DNA of 37,686 nt from positions 1 through 37,686 of the IMG/VR virus record IMGVR_UViG_3300020306_000007; one strand, 5' to 3'. This document shows positions 9,393 through 19,654 of the stretch, piece by piece (position 1 is the stretch's first letter; every line of letters starts with the position of its first letter). The stretch comes from a virus. Its lineage: Duplodnaviria; Caudoviricetes. Both the position numbers and the translations under genes were made by a program. Below the pieces are notes generated by a model. The model was not told the origin of the DNA and made no database searches. It worked only from the letters and a program-made list of their open reading frames with translations.

Positions 9393-10928
9393 ATGAGCTC
9401 AGTAGGATATGGAGATTTCCATTGGGGTAAATCCCATTATGGAACTCCACAATATGAAGTGGCGAGTTGCACTATTTCTGCATCTAGTGGAAGTAGTGTT
9501 TCGCCTTCTGTTCAATTTAACCTACAAAATGAAACAATAAATGCACAATCAGGGCTCTCAGGATCTATAAATATAAAAGTACAGCCCACAGCTACATCTA
9601 ATGGAGTTTCCTCGCTGATAGCAGAAATGAGGAGAATAAAATTAGGTATTCCATTAGAGCTCCTGGAAAATTCAGGATCTCTATCTCATGGAACACAAGT
9701 AGATCAAGCAGAAACATTTGTCCAGGTAAATTCTGGAATTACATCAGTTGGTAATCAAATAGACCAGGGAGAGGCTGTTATTAATGCCTCATCTGGATCT
9801 CAACAAATAGGAACACAAATAGATCTAGGTCAAACCTCCTTAACAGAAACATCCAGCTCAGCCAATGTTGGAACACAAATTGATCTAGGGCAAGTTAATC
9901 CTATTGGGGTTTCTCAAACTGTATCTGCTGGAACACAAATAGACCTGGGAGCTGTTGTTTCTTGTTTGCCAAAAAGTAATGTCACAACTTTAAATCCTCA
10001 GCATTCTCAAAACATAAACAATGTTGATATTCACAATAACGCATTTAGAGTAAATCAAACTGACAATTACATGGTTTTTAGAAGAAATGTTTTGAATGAA
10101 GTAAATCAATCAGACTCAAGCAATGTTGGAAACACTTTAGCATTGTCACAAGCTCCAGATGGCCATCACAACACAAGCACAACTCATGTTTCAGTTAGAA
10201 CTGACAGCAACTCAAATACTTATTTACAAGTTTCTGGGGCATACAATGGAACTACTCCTGGAGGATCTGCTACAAATCAAAAAAGAACGATCTACAGATA
10301 TACTCCTGATACACAAGGAGGAGCTCCAACTTACACAGGCTCAGCCTGGGCTTATGTTTATTATCAAACTTCTCCAATCGAAGATGATTTAGTCACAGCA
10401 ACTATAGGATCTGTTTTAGTTAATGGACAAAGTGTTCTTACTGTAAATGGCTATCCAGCCTATCAATTTTCAGGAGATACTTCTAAAGAAACAGCAAATG
10501 GTGTTGGTGGACATTGGGAGGCTTTTGAAATTGATGGAACTTCGCAGACAAACACAGCGACAACTTTTGTTTCAGACTCAACAATTTACGAAACAGGAAT
10601 AACAACTACAGGCACAGTTGGATCTAACAGAAAATTAAGTTTTACTCCATCTAGCTCTACTCCAGATCTTTATTATTTTTCATTGGAAAATAGCAATAAA
10701 GGAGGATTTGCAAGTGTGAGTGACTTTGCTGGTGTTGAAAGCACTTTTTTATTAGTTGGTGGATCTCAAACACAAGCAGAAAGTAATCTTTTTTCAGAAG
10801 GTGTTAGAAGGTATTTTGGTCTTGCACAAGTTAATGGATCTAGTGGAGTATCTCCTGATGGTGGGTTAAAATGGACAAATCAATCAGTACCCAACACTTC
10901 CTGGACTGAACAAAAACAAGCACAATAA
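9393..10928 (+). CDS. Ser/Thr/Gly-rich tail fibre or appendage protein
   Basis: 511 aa with internal 20-aa repeats, located in the tail module. Confidence 0.7.
   Translation: MSSVGYGDFHWGKSHYGTPQYEVASCTISASSGSSVSPSVQFNLQNETINAQSGLSGSINIKVQPTATSNGVSSLIAEMRRIKLGIPLELLENSGSLSHGTQVDQAETFVQVNSGITSVGNQIDQGEAVINASSGSQQIGTQIDLGQTSLTETSSSANVGTQIDLGQVNPIGVSQTVSAGTQIDLGAVVSCLPKSNVTTLNPQHSQNINNVDIHNNAFRVNQTDNYMVFRRNVLNEVNQSDSSNVGNTLALSQAPDGHHNTSTTHVSVRTDSNSNTYLQVSGAYNGTTPGGSATNQKRTIYRYTPDTQGGAPTYTGSAWAYVYYQTSPIEDDLVTATIGSVLVNGQSVLTVNGYPAYQFSGDTSKETANGVGGHWEAFEIDGTSQTNTATTFVSDSTIYETGITTTGTVGSNRKLSFTPSSSTPDLYYFSLENSNKGGFASVSDFAGVESTFLLVGGSQTQAESNLFSEGVRRYFGLAQVNGSSGVSPDGGLKWTNQSVPNTSWTEQKQAQ
9690..9950 (+). 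repeat. Five 60-nt (20 aa) degenerate coding repeats, G(T/N)Q(I/V)D(L/Q)G
   Basis: ggaacacaa-type units recur at about 9690, 9750, 9810, 9870 and 9930. Confidence 0.85.
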
Positions 10929-10946
10929 TTTTACGAGGAAAAAATC

Positions 10947-12071
10947 ATGGCCGATTCATTTAGTACCAATCTTAATTTAACCAAACCTGAGGTGGGAGCA
11001 TCAACAGATACCTGGGGCCAAAAAATAAATACCCAGGTTATTGATCCTATTGATGCGATATTTTCTGCAACAGGAACAGAGGTAAATGTAAGATTTAATT
11101 CAGCAAACTTTGACGATAACAAAAAAGCAATATTTGGCACAGGAGATGATCTGGAAATTTACCATGATGGATCTAATTCTGTAATTAAAGATGCTGGAAC
11201 AGGATCTTTAAATGTCCTGGCTAATATTTTTGATGTAAGAAAAGCAGATAACTCAGGATCCATTGCATCCTTTAATGATAATGGATCAGTTGCAATTACA
11301 GGAAATGTTGATGTCACAGGCAATATTACTGTTTCAGGCACAGTTGATGGTGTTGATATTGCCTCAAGAGATGCTGTTTTAACTTCAACAACTACTGCGG
11401 CCACAAATGCAAACACATTGGCCACAACTGCTAACACTACTGCAAATGCGGCCTTGCCAAAAGCTGGTGGATCAATGACAGGCTTACTCACAGCCGACTC
11501 AGGTGTAGCTATAGACGATATTACTATTGATGGCACAGAAATAGATTTATCTTCTGGAGATCTAACTCTAGATGTTGCTGGGCAAATTAATTTAGATGCT
11601 GATGGTGGATTTTGGAATTTTAATGATGGTGGTACCACAATCGGATATATAGAAAATAGCAGTAGTAATTTTGTTATAAGAAGTCATGTAAATGATAAAG
11701 ATATTATTTTTACAGGCACAGACAATAATACTGGAATTACTGCTCTTACTCTTGATATGTCTGAGGCTGGGGCGGCCACTTTTAATAATAATGTCACAGC
11801 TTTTTCAGACGAAAGATTAAAAGATAATATTGAAACTATAGAAAATGGTTTATCTAAAGTGGAGCAATTAAGAGGTGTCACTTACACTAGAGATGAGAAA
11901 AAAAATATAGGTGTCATTGCTCAGGAAGTAGAAAAAATATTACCAGAAGTAGTATTAACTGCTGATGATGAAATGGGCACAAAGTCTGTCGATTACAGCA
12001 GATTGACAGCAGTATTGATCGAGGCAGTTAAAGACTTATCAGGTAGAGTAAAAGAATTAGAGGGTAAATAA
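10947..12071 (+). CDS. Tail fibre with C-terminal intramolecular chaperone (peptidase S74)
   Basis: N-terminal LTKPEVGASTDTWG anchor; C-terminal SDERLKDNI..LRGVTY..GVIAQEVE..VDY..LIEAVKDL. Confidence 0.9.
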   Translation: MADSFSTNLNLTKPEVGASTDTWGQKINTQVIDPIDAIFSATGTEVNVRFNSANFDDNKKAIFGTGDDLEIYHDGSNSVIKDAGTGSLNVLANIFDVRKADNSGSIASFNDNGSVAITGNVDVTGNITVSGTVDGVDIASRDAVLTSTTTAATNANTLATTANTTANAALPKAGGSMTGLLTADSGVAIDDITIDGTEIDLSSGDLTLDVAGQINLDADGGFWNFNDGGTTIGYIENSSSNFVIRSHVNDKDIIFTGTDNNTGITALTLDMSEAGAATFNNNVTAFSDERLKDNIETIENGLSKVEQLRGVTYTRDEKKNIGVIAQEVEKILPEVVLTADDEMGTKSVDYSRLTAVLIEAVKDLSGRVKELEGK

Positions 12072-12871
12072 TGGCTTTACAAAGCTCAGGAGCTATCTCT
12101 TTAAATGACATCCATATAGAGGCTGGAGGAACTTCTGGTACTCAAGCATCAATTAATGATGCAGACATCAGAACAATGATTAACAAATCTTCTGGGGCTC
12201 AAGCATCTTTTTCAGAATATTATGGAGCTTCATCTAGCATAGCTACTATTAATTGCAATTTGACATTATCGAGAGAAACAATAGGAACTACATCAACTGA
12301 CTATAAGGGTAATACTACTTTTACTGCTACAGGTTATAGATACCATTTAGGTGTAAATAATTGGAATAGCATACAATCAAGCAATACAGGGATGTACGCA
12401 GTAAATCATTTTTTGGGAACTTATAGCTCAACAGCAACATCTGTTTCAGCCTCAGATAAAAATTTTATAGGATCTTTAGGTACTGGCACAAGTTATGACT
12501 CTTTAAAATTTAATCATTACACAGAAACAAATTTAAGCAATGTTAGTCAATCAAGAAATACCTATTTTAATATTTATGAAATAGGCAATGGGCCTTATAA
12601 TTATTTAACTCCAATCGCATCAGGATCAATGACTGCTCCAACATCTTGGACTAGCATTAATTTAAGTTTTTCTTATGGTGGAACAAACTATAGTTGGACT
12701 TGGACTAGAGCTAGTCATTTTAGCTATTTCAATTCTTTTGTTTATAACTTTGGAGGAACTTTATACACATCTGCTTATTTTGGTTTAGATCAAGGTGGCT
12801 CAACAGATTTTATTGGAGCTGGAACTAACACAAATATTTCCATAACAGGAGCAACATTTACAATTACTTGA
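12071..12871 (+). CDS. Tail fibre tip / receptor-binding protein
   Basis: MALQSSGAISLNDI..SFSEYYGA N-terminal adaptor; aromatic and Ser/Thr-rich beta C-terminus. Confidence 0.7.
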   Translation: MALQSSGAISLNDIHIEAGGTSGTQASINDADIRTMINKSSGAQASFSEYYGASSSIATINCNLTLSRETIGTTSTDYKGNTTFTATGYRYHLGVNNWNSIQSSNTGMYAVNHFLGTYSSTATSVSASDKNFIGSLGTGTSYDSLKFNHYTETNLSNVSQSRNTYFNIYEIGNGPYNYLTPIASGSMTAPTSWTSINLSFSYGGTNYSWTWTRASHFSYFNSFVYNFGGTLYTSAYFGLDQGGSTDFIGAGTNTNISITGATFTIT

Positions 12872-12872
12872 T

Positions 12873-13139
12873 ATGCATGAATATACAAAAAAAACTATAG
12901 ATGGAGTTGAATGGGTTTTTTATCAAAAAGACTCTGCAACTTTTGAATTTAAATTTATAGATGATGCAGATGCACAATCTCAAATAAATAAATTTTTAGA
13001 AGAAATACATATTGCAGAGCTCAAAGAAAAATATCCTGATACTTGGGAAGAAGAGTTAGCAAAAGAAAATGGATTAAGCGAGGAAGTTTCTTTAACTCCA
13101 AATTTAAATTTACCAATAGAAAATGTTGAGGAGATGTAA
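12873..13139 (+). CDS. Hypothetical acidic protein in fibre cassette
   Basis: 88 aa ORF tightly packed between neighbours. Confidence 0.65.
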   Translation: MHEYTKKTIDGVEWVFYQKDSATFEFKFIDDADAQSQINKFLEEIHIAELKEKYPDTWEEELAKENGLSEEVSLTPNLNLPIENVEEM

Positions 13140-13141
13140 AA

Positions 13142-13852
13142 ATGATTAGATACACTTTTGAAGGCATAAAAAATGTAAATATTGAAAATGAATTTCAAAT
13201 ATCTGTTGTTAAAGGAAATATTGGAGCAGAGATCTCAAGAACTGAAATAGAAGAACAGCCCAACTTTGACAAAATACAATATCTTGATGATTACAAAATA
13301 AATAAATCTTTAACTAATTATTTATTTATGGGTGGCAAAGTAAGTGTTCGTTATGAATTTGATGAAAGCGATAATATCTCTCAAAGAGATGTAGATAAAA
13401 TTATTGAGCTTAATAGAAAAAATCCAGAAGATACTCATTCCACAGAAATTGTCACAGATAATTCTTATGGTTTTGATATAGATTATGGGGGTTATGTGAA
13501 AGCCTGGAGAGAAAGATCAGCAGATTATGAGCTATCAACTAACAAGGCAAGTATGAAAGCTATCGAAGATGATACGATTATTATTTGCTGTTTGCAGAAT
13601 AACTATGGCTATAAATTTTACAATGTTGATTTAGATCCAGATGAAACAATAGAAACTCCCAAGATGGGAAATATTAATTTTTTATTAGTTGGTAATAAAT
13701 GTGAAGTCACAGTTCCCTCTCCTGATGTTATAGGAGAAGAGTTTAAATATAATTTTGATCAATATGATTGTAAAAAATTATCTAGTCAAAAATGTTTTGT
13801 AAAAAATGTAAGCGACAAAGTTTGTCGTGTTGTGATGCTATGCAGATCATAA
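13142..13852 (+). CDS. Hypothetical protein in fibre cassette
   Basis: 236 aa ORF; RBS aggag. Confidence 0.7.
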   Translation: MIRYTFEGIKNVNIENEFQISVVKGNIGAEISRTEIEEQPNFDKIQYLDDYKINKSLTNYLFMGGKVSVRYEFDESDNISQRDVDKIIELNRKNPEDTHSTEIVTDNSYGFDIDYGGYVKAWRERSADYELSTNKASMKAIEDDTIIICCLQNNYGYKFYNVDLDPDETIETPKMGNINFLLVGNKCEVTVPSPDVIGEEFKYNFDQYDCKKLSSQKCFVKNVSDKVCRVVMLCRS

Positions 13853-14592
13853 AAGGTATAAAATTTTTAAGAGCTTATGCCTCAGGCAAAAGCCATATTA
13901 ATGCAGATCTAAATTTGATTATGCAGATGGTGGATGAGCTCGATAGAGATTGCGATATAAAGTTAAAGAAAAAATTTAAAAGCCATCCTTACTCTAAAAC
14001 ATTTTATAACCAGGGAGATCTCAGAGCAGAAGTTTTAAAAGGCAGATATAAAAAAGGAACTTTTGGGAGTGAATTGAAAAAGTTTTGGAAAGAAAACAAA
14101 GAAGATCTGTTTAAAAAAAATTTAAACATTTCTAAAACAAAACATAAAAAAGATGTGGCTTACATGAAAGGTACATTGAACGAGCATGACATTATTCATT
14201 GCATTAACAAATTAGACTCAACACCTTTAGCAGAAGTTTCTGTTTTAGCTTTTACTATTGCCAAAGGTTTTAGATACAGTTTTTTTTACATACTCCTGGC
14301 AAGTGTTTTTATGGCTTTTAAAAATTCTTTTGGGAAAAAAGCTATTAAAGGTAGCTTGTTATTTAAAATAAAATATATGCCTTTTATAAGTGTAATTAGA
14401 TTAATAAAAGAGGCTTATGTAAATGGAAAAAAATCACAATGGTTTATGACTATTGATTGGAGAAAATATTTAGATAAGCCTTTTGAGGATGTTAGAAAAG
14501 AATTAAATATAAAAGATTTTCCTGTATGGGAAGATCTAAAACCTAAGTGGTATGAATTACTAGAAAGCTACAAAAAAATGGAAAGAATTTAA
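13840..14592 (+). CDS. Coq4-like metal-binding protein
   Basis: KGTFG..F and HDIIH-x11-E (HDIIHCINKLDSTPLAE) match the Coq4 HDxxH-x11-E signature; start taken at ATG 13840. Confidence 0.65.
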   Translation: MQIIKGIKFLRAYASGKSHINADLNLIMQMVDELDRDCDIKLKKKFKSHPYSKTFYNQGDLRAEVLKGRYKKGTFGSELKKFWKENKEDLFKKNLNISKTKHKKDVAYMKGTLNEHDIIHCINKLDSTPLAEVSVLAFTIAKGFRYSFFYILLASVFMAFKNSFGKKAIKGSLLFKIKYMPFISVIRLIKEAYVNGKKSQWFMTIDWRKYLDKPFEDVRKELNIKDFPVWEDLKPKWYELLESYKKMERI

Positions 14593-14593
14593 A

Positions 14594-16114
14594 ATGGCAT
14601 TACTACCAATAACACCTCCTCCTGGAGTTAAAACAAATGGCACAGAATATTCTAATAAGAATAGCTGGGTTGAGTCAGATCTTTGCAGATTTGAAAATGG
14701 TTTTTTAACAAACATAGGTGGATGGCAAAGTGCAAAACAAACTAAATTAGTTGGTACTCCTATCGGCATGTATGCTTACTATACTAATGCTGACGATAGA
14801 GTTTTAGCTATAGGCACTAGAGAGAAAGTCTATGTTAATTTTAGAGATAATTGGTATGACATTACCCCAACAGGATTTGTTGGAGATGCACAAACCTCTC
14901 CATTAGGATATGGAGCTTACAACTATAATGTTGAAGATTATGGAGATGCCAGATCTCAATCAGGATTGGCTTTTGATACAAAACCTTTTTCCTTTGATAA
15001 CTTCGGAGAAAATTTAATTTTTTGTTGTGGATCAGATGGCAAGATTTACAAATGGAGGCCTGACAGTTTAAGTGATGGATCTTATACTCCTGACAGCCAG
15101 GGCATCCAACTAGCAAATTCTCCTATAGGGGTTATGGGAATATTAGTGACTAATGAAAGACACATATTCGCTTTTGGTGTTCAAGGTAATCCAAGAAAAA
15201 TAGCCTGGAGCTCAAGAGAAACTGATAATGTTTGGACAGCATCAGCCACAAATACTGCTGGAGATCTTATTGTTAGCTCAGGAGGATCTATCCAGGGTGG
15301 AGTAAAATTTGGAGCTGATGTTATTGTTTTTACAGATGTTGGGATCCAAAAAGTTTATTATGCTGGATCTCCATTTATTTATGGGATCCAGGAGGCTGGA
15401 TCTAACTGTCGAACATCTAATATGAAAACTGTTGCCACAACAGGTAATTTTATATCCTGGATGGGAGATAACAGTTTCTATTTGTATGATGGCAGAGTAC
15501 AAAAAATTAAATCTGATGTTCACGATTTTGTTTTTGAAAACATTAGATATGATTATCGCCAGGCATCATGTGGAGGACATAATCAATTATTCACAGAGAT
15601 CTGGTGGTTTTTTCCATCAGGAGAAAGTGCACAAACACCTAACAAATATGTGATATGGAATTACATTGATAATGTTTGGGCAACAGGATCTCTAGATCGT
15701 TCAGTATGGATGGATCAAGGAGTAATGAATTATCCAATGGCATGTGCATCAGATGGATCTGTTTATGAACATGAAAAAGGTACTTTACAAGCCTCAGCAG
15801 ATATTGGATCTGCTGTACCTTTTGCAAGAACAGGGCCAATAGAAATTGCCCAGGGAGATCGTCTGGTACAAGCTAATCAAATAATTCCAGATAGTGATGC
15901 AACAACACTTCCAGGAGTGACTTTATCTTTTAAAGGTAAAAAAACACCTTTAGGACAAGAAGAAGATTTTGGATCTTTTACTTTTGACTCTGATGGTTAT
16001 CAAGATTGCAGATTTACTGCCAGGCAAATATCTTTGGAAGTCACAGGAGATAAAGTTCAAGATTTCCAAGTAGGAAATATTCGTTTAGATGTTCAAGCTA
16101 GAGGTAAAAGATGA
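14594..16114 (+). CDS. Tail nozzle / DNA stabilisation protein (P22 gp10 / tubular protein B-like)
   Basis: 506 aa beta-rich protein; PRKIAWS, NTAGD, EIWWFFPS..YVIWNY..VWATG motifs. Confidence 0.8.
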   Translation: MALLPITPPPGVKTNGTEYSNKNSWVESDLCRFENGFLTNIGGWQSAKQTKLVGTPIGMYAYYTNADDRVLAIGTREKVYVNFRDNWYDITPTGFVGDAQTSPLGYGAYNYNVEDYGDARSQSGLAFDTKPFSFDNFGENLIFCCGSDGKIYKWRPDSLSDGSYTPDSQGIQLANSPIGVMGILVTNERHIFAFGVQGNPRKIAWSSRETDNVWTASATNTAGDLIVSSGGSIQGGVKFGADVIVFTDVGIQKVYYAGSPFIYGIQEAGSNCRTSNMKTVATTGNFISWMGDNSFYLYDGRVQKIKSDVHDFVFENIRYDYRQASCGGHNQLFTEIWWFFPSGESAQTPNKYVIWNYIDNVWATGSLDRSVWMDQGVMNYPMACASDGSVYEHEKGTLQASADIGSAVPFARTGPIEIAQGDRLVQANQIIPDSDATTLPGVTLSFKGKKTPLGQEEDFGSFTFDSDGYQDCRFTARQISLEVTGDKVQDFQVGNIRLDVQARGKR

Positions 16115-16338
16115 GCAGAAAAACTTTTCCTAAACCAACAAAAGAATATGACGAGCAATATATGAATAGGTTGGTAAGTGATCTGGAACAAAGCACAACT
16201 TTGATCCTGGAAAAAGGATCCAGAATAGAGGCAAATTCAAATGACAGCACAGAAATTGTGCTTGTTTCTCCAAATGGTACAAAATATAAATTAGAGGTAA
16301 GTGATGCTGGAACAATCTCCACGACTCAAGTTGTATGA
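16111..16338 (+). CDS. Small virion-associated protein
   Basis: FPKPTKEYD..LVSPNGTKYKLEVSDAG; atga overlap with upstream gene. Confidence 0.7.
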   Translation: MSRKTFPKPTKEYDEQYMNRLVSDLEQSTTLILEKGSRIEANSNDSTEIVLVSPNGTKYKLEVSDAGTISTTQVV

Positions 16339-16696
16339 ATGGCAAGAGCAATGGGAACATGCAAAACCTTTTATAGAAAAAGCTGTAGCAGTACAAGACC
16401 TCTACACTATAGATGATGTAGCTGATAAAATAGGAGATGGATCATTCCTGTTATGGCCAGGAACAAGATCTGCAATGATCACAGAGTTTGTCGATTTCCC
16501 ACAAAAAAAAATATGCAATTTGTTATTTTGTGGTGGGGATTATGAAGAACTTGAGGCTATAACAAATCATGTAGAAATTTTTGCTAAAAGAATGGGCTGT
16601 TCTGCTCTTTATGGTGGAGGCAGACCAGGATGGGCAAGAAAAATAAAACATCTAGGTTGGAAACCAGAATATGTAATTAGGAAGGATATAAAATGA
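16301..16696 (+). CDS. GNAT-like protein preceding ejection proteins
   Basis: LFCGG..FAKRMGC..GGRPGWAR pattern; exact start uncertain. Confidence 0.65.
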   Translation: MMLEQSPRLKLYEWQEQWEHAKPFIEKAVAVQDLYTIDDVADKIGDGSFLLWPGTRSAMITEFVDFPQKKICNLLFCGGDYEELEAITNHVEIFAKRMGCSALYGGGRPGWARKIKHLGWKPEYVIRKDIK

Positions 16697-18030
16697 GTAA
16701 AGGAGCAAAAACACAAACAGCTAAAACAACTGTTCCTGAGTACCAGGAACGAGCCTATAAAGATCTTTATAACATGGCTAGATCTGAGGTTAATAAACCT
16801 TATCAGCCATATACAGGAGAAATGTTTGCAGATCGTAATCCTTTGCAAATAGGAGCTATGAATACTGCTGTTGGCATGTCTAATATGGCAAATAGATTTG
16901 ATCCTACAGCTAACTTAATGAATTTAGCTGGAATGGATAATCAAATAGATCCAACAGGCTACATAGCTAATGTAGGACAAGCTGACAATTTTGCTGGAGC
17001 TCAAAATATGAGATCTGATGTAAGGCAAACAGGCAATCAATCAGTATTGCCAGGTTTTCAGAACTACATGAATAATTTTACAGATGCTACTACTAACATT
17101 GGGCTAAGACAGTTAGATGATCAAAGATTGATGCAATTACAAAAAGATCAAGATCAACAAATTGGCAGAGGAGCTTTTGGTGGATCCAGGGGAGCATTAA
17201 TGGAAACAGAAACAAACAAAAATTTTGATCAAGCAAAAGCAGATTTTGTAGCAAAACAAAATCAACAAAATTTCTTAAATGCTATGAAATTTGCAAATCT
17301 CGATAGAGATAGACAGCTTAAAGCTACAGGTATGGACATGGGGATTGATAAAGAATTAGCCCTAGCAAATCAATCAGCATTGCAACAAGCTGGAATGCAA
17401 AATCAAGAAATGCAACAAGATTACTTATCTAAATTAGCAGATCTGCAATATGGTCAGGCACAATTAGAAAACGAAAGAAATATTAAACAAGGAGCCCTGG
17501 ATGATGCTAGAGCTCAAAGAATGCAAAGCATTTACAATGATATTTTAGGAGCCCAGGAAAAAGGCATGGCTGGTTTAACTCAGCAAGGGTTATTACAAAA
17601 TGAATATGATCAAGCTAAGTTAAACGAGGCATATAGACAATTTGTAGAACAAAGAGATTATGGAGCAAGAAATCTTGGATTATTTACTTCTGCTGTATCT
17701 GGTGTTCCATTTATGGGAGCTACTACTACAACAGAAAGAAAGAAAACAGGTTTAGGAGATGTTCTAGGAGCTGGAGTCACAATGGGATCAGCCTTCCTAG
17801 GTGGTAAATCAGATAAAAGATTAAAAACTAATATCAAAAAACTTGGATCTTTCAAAGGCATAAATATTTATTCCTGGACATGGAATAATTTAGCTAAAGC
17901 TATGGGAATACATTTAGACAATCCAAGAACAATAGGAGTCATGGCACAAGAAGTTATGCATATTCCTGGAGCTGTTAAATTAGATGATGATGGTTATTAT
18001 TCAGTAAATTATGAGGTCTTGGCACAATGA
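16693..18030 (+). CDS. Internal virion / ejection protein with C-terminal S74-like domain
   Basis: Gln/Ala-rich helical body, GAFGGSR, Gly-rich segment, then SDKRLKTNI..GVMAQEV..YSVNY. Confidence 0.75.
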   Translation: MSKGAKTQTAKTTVPEYQERAYKDLYNMARSEVNKPYQPYTGEMFADRNPLQIGAMNTAVGMSNMANRFDPTANLMNLAGMDNQIDPTGYIANVGQADNFAGAQNMRSDVRQTGNQSVLPGFQNYMNNFTDATTNIGLRQLDDQRLMQLQKDQDQQIGRGAFGGSRGALMETETNKNFDQAKADFVAKQNQQNFLNAMKFANLDRDRQLKATGMDMGIDKELALANQSALQQAGMQNQEMQQDYLSKLADLQYGQAQLENERNIKQGALDDARAQRMQSIYNDILGAQEKGMAGLTQQGLLQNEYDQAKLNEAYRQFVEQRDYGARNLGLFTSAVSGVPFMGATTTTERKKTGLGDVLGAGVTMGSAFLGGKSDKRLKTNIKKLGSFKGINIYSWTWNNLAKAMGIHLDNPRTIGVMAQEVMHIPGAVKLDDDGYYSVNYEVLAQ

Positions 18031-19652
18031 TAAATAACTTTAATTTTAATAATCCATTGCTCCAGGCAATGGAATTAGAAAAAAGAAGATTAGGTTTAGA
18101 TACAAATCCTGTTGTCGAAGTACCAAAACTAGGATCTTTAAGCAATTTAAATAACAGCTTAGATGTAAATAGTGGCTTAAATTTTAATAACCTAAATCAA
18201 ATGCCAAGCATGAATAGTTTGAATACATCATTAAATGCATTTGATCCATTTGGAGATCAAACTGCTACAAATATTGGCGAGGCTGTTGCTACAGGAAACT
18301 TTTTAGATCCTACTCCTTTTTTAAACGCAAATACTAATAATGCATTAAACAACAATCAGAGTGGATCTTCTTTAGATTATTTAAAAGAAATAACAGCTCC
18401 AGAAGTTCCTAACTATTCAAAATTTGGAAATTTCTTAGCAACAGGAATGAGGGGTGGAGTTAAAACACAAGAAGAATTAGAAAAAATGGCAATAGAAAAT
18501 CCAGAGGCATTAGCAAAATATGATCAAGATAGAAAGGATCAGAGAAATTTTGCATTATCAAATATGCTATTTAATCTGGCAGAATACATGAGAGAGGGTG
18601 GAAAACCTTTATCTCCTAATGAAATACAGCAAAGAAAAATTAGAGAAGATCAATTAAGAGTCACTAGACAAGCTCAGGAAAGATTTGATAAAGCCTATGC
18701 AAATGCTCCACAAGATGTCAAAGATCAAATGGATCTCTTAGGTAGAGATGCATGGAATGAAATGCAAGTAGAACAGTTTAAAGATAAAAATACAGCTCTA
18801 ATGAGAAATGTAAATCGTCTTAACGATATAGAAATACAAATACAAAAAGAGTTAGCTAAACCTGAAAGCCAACAAGATCCAGATCTCATAAGACAATTAC
18901 AAAACAGCAGAACAGCTTTTATGGTTGGAATTGGTGGAGATGAATATGATTTTGAGCTAGGACTTAAAGAAAGCAAAATTAATGCTAGAAAAAAACAAGA
19001 TGAGCAATTTGCTAAAGATGATCTAAAATGGCAAACAACTGATAGAGCAACTGCTTACAACAATATTATTAATGTCAGAACTGCTATGAACACATTGCAA
19101 TCTGGAGCAAATGTTTCAGGTTTAGATGTGTCTTTGTTAGATGAATTTGAATGGCTCCAGGCTGGAATATTCCCAGAGGCCGCAAACTTTAAGTCAGATA
19201 TTAGAGATATTGTTTTCCAAAGTTTAAGAGAAAAACTAGGAGCTCAATTCACAGAGAGAGAAGGGGATAGATTAGTAGCGGCCGCATTTAACTCTAAATT
19301 AACCGAAGAGGAAAACTATGCCAGGGTACAAAGATTGCTAGATGCTACTATGATGGTTTATGACAACAAGCAAAGCATGAGTAATTACTTTGCAGAGAAT
19401 GGCACATTACAAGGCTATGTAAGTAATGCTCCAGATGTTTATGAAATAACTGCAATGGTTTCTGGTATTCCTGAGGACTTTAAATCTTGGGTAGAAGATA
19501 GAGAAACTCTCAAGGCTTATAGCGAAAGTTTGATGAATGAAGATGGAAGTTTTGATAGTGATGCTGTAAATAAATTAAAAACTTTAGAGGCTTACTTAGA
19601 CAAACTTGAAAGAGAAAAAATAGCAGAAGAACGAAGAGAAAATAGAAATTAA
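18027..19652 (+). CDS. Internal virion / ejection protein
   Basis: 541 aa helical protein; LREKLGAQFTEREG motif; position in the module. Confidence 0.65.
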   Translation: MINNFNFNNPLLQAMELEKRRLGLDTNPVVEVPKLGSLSNLNNSLDVNSGLNFNNLNQMPSMNSLNTSLNAFDPFGDQTATNIGEAVATGNFLDPTPFLNANTNNALNNNQSGSSLDYLKEITAPEVPNYSKFGNFLATGMRGGVKTQEELEKMAIENPEALAKYDQDRKDQRNFALSNMLFNLAEYMREGGKPLSPNEIQQRKIREDQLRVTRQAQERFDKAYANAPQDVKDQMDLLGRDAWNEMQVEQFKDKNTALMRNVNRLNDIEIQIQKELAKPESQQDPDLIRQLQNSRTAFMVGIGGDEYDFELGLKESKINARKKQDEQFAKDDLKWQTTDRATAYNNIINVRTAMNTLQSGANVSGLDVSLLDEFEWLQAGIFPEAANFKSDIRDIVFQSLREKLGAQFTEREGDRLVAAAFNSKLTEEENYARVQRLLDATMMVYDNKQSMSNYFAENGTLQGYVSNAPDVYEITAMVSGIPEDFKSWVEDRETLKAYSESLMNEDGSFDSDAVNKLKTLEAYLDKLEREKIAEERRENRN

Positions 19653-19654
19653 AA

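Noticed and set aside
9690-9950. Possible CRISPR-like array with a 60-nt period
   Set aside because: The repeats are degenerate, in frame and conserved at protein level, so they are coding repeats
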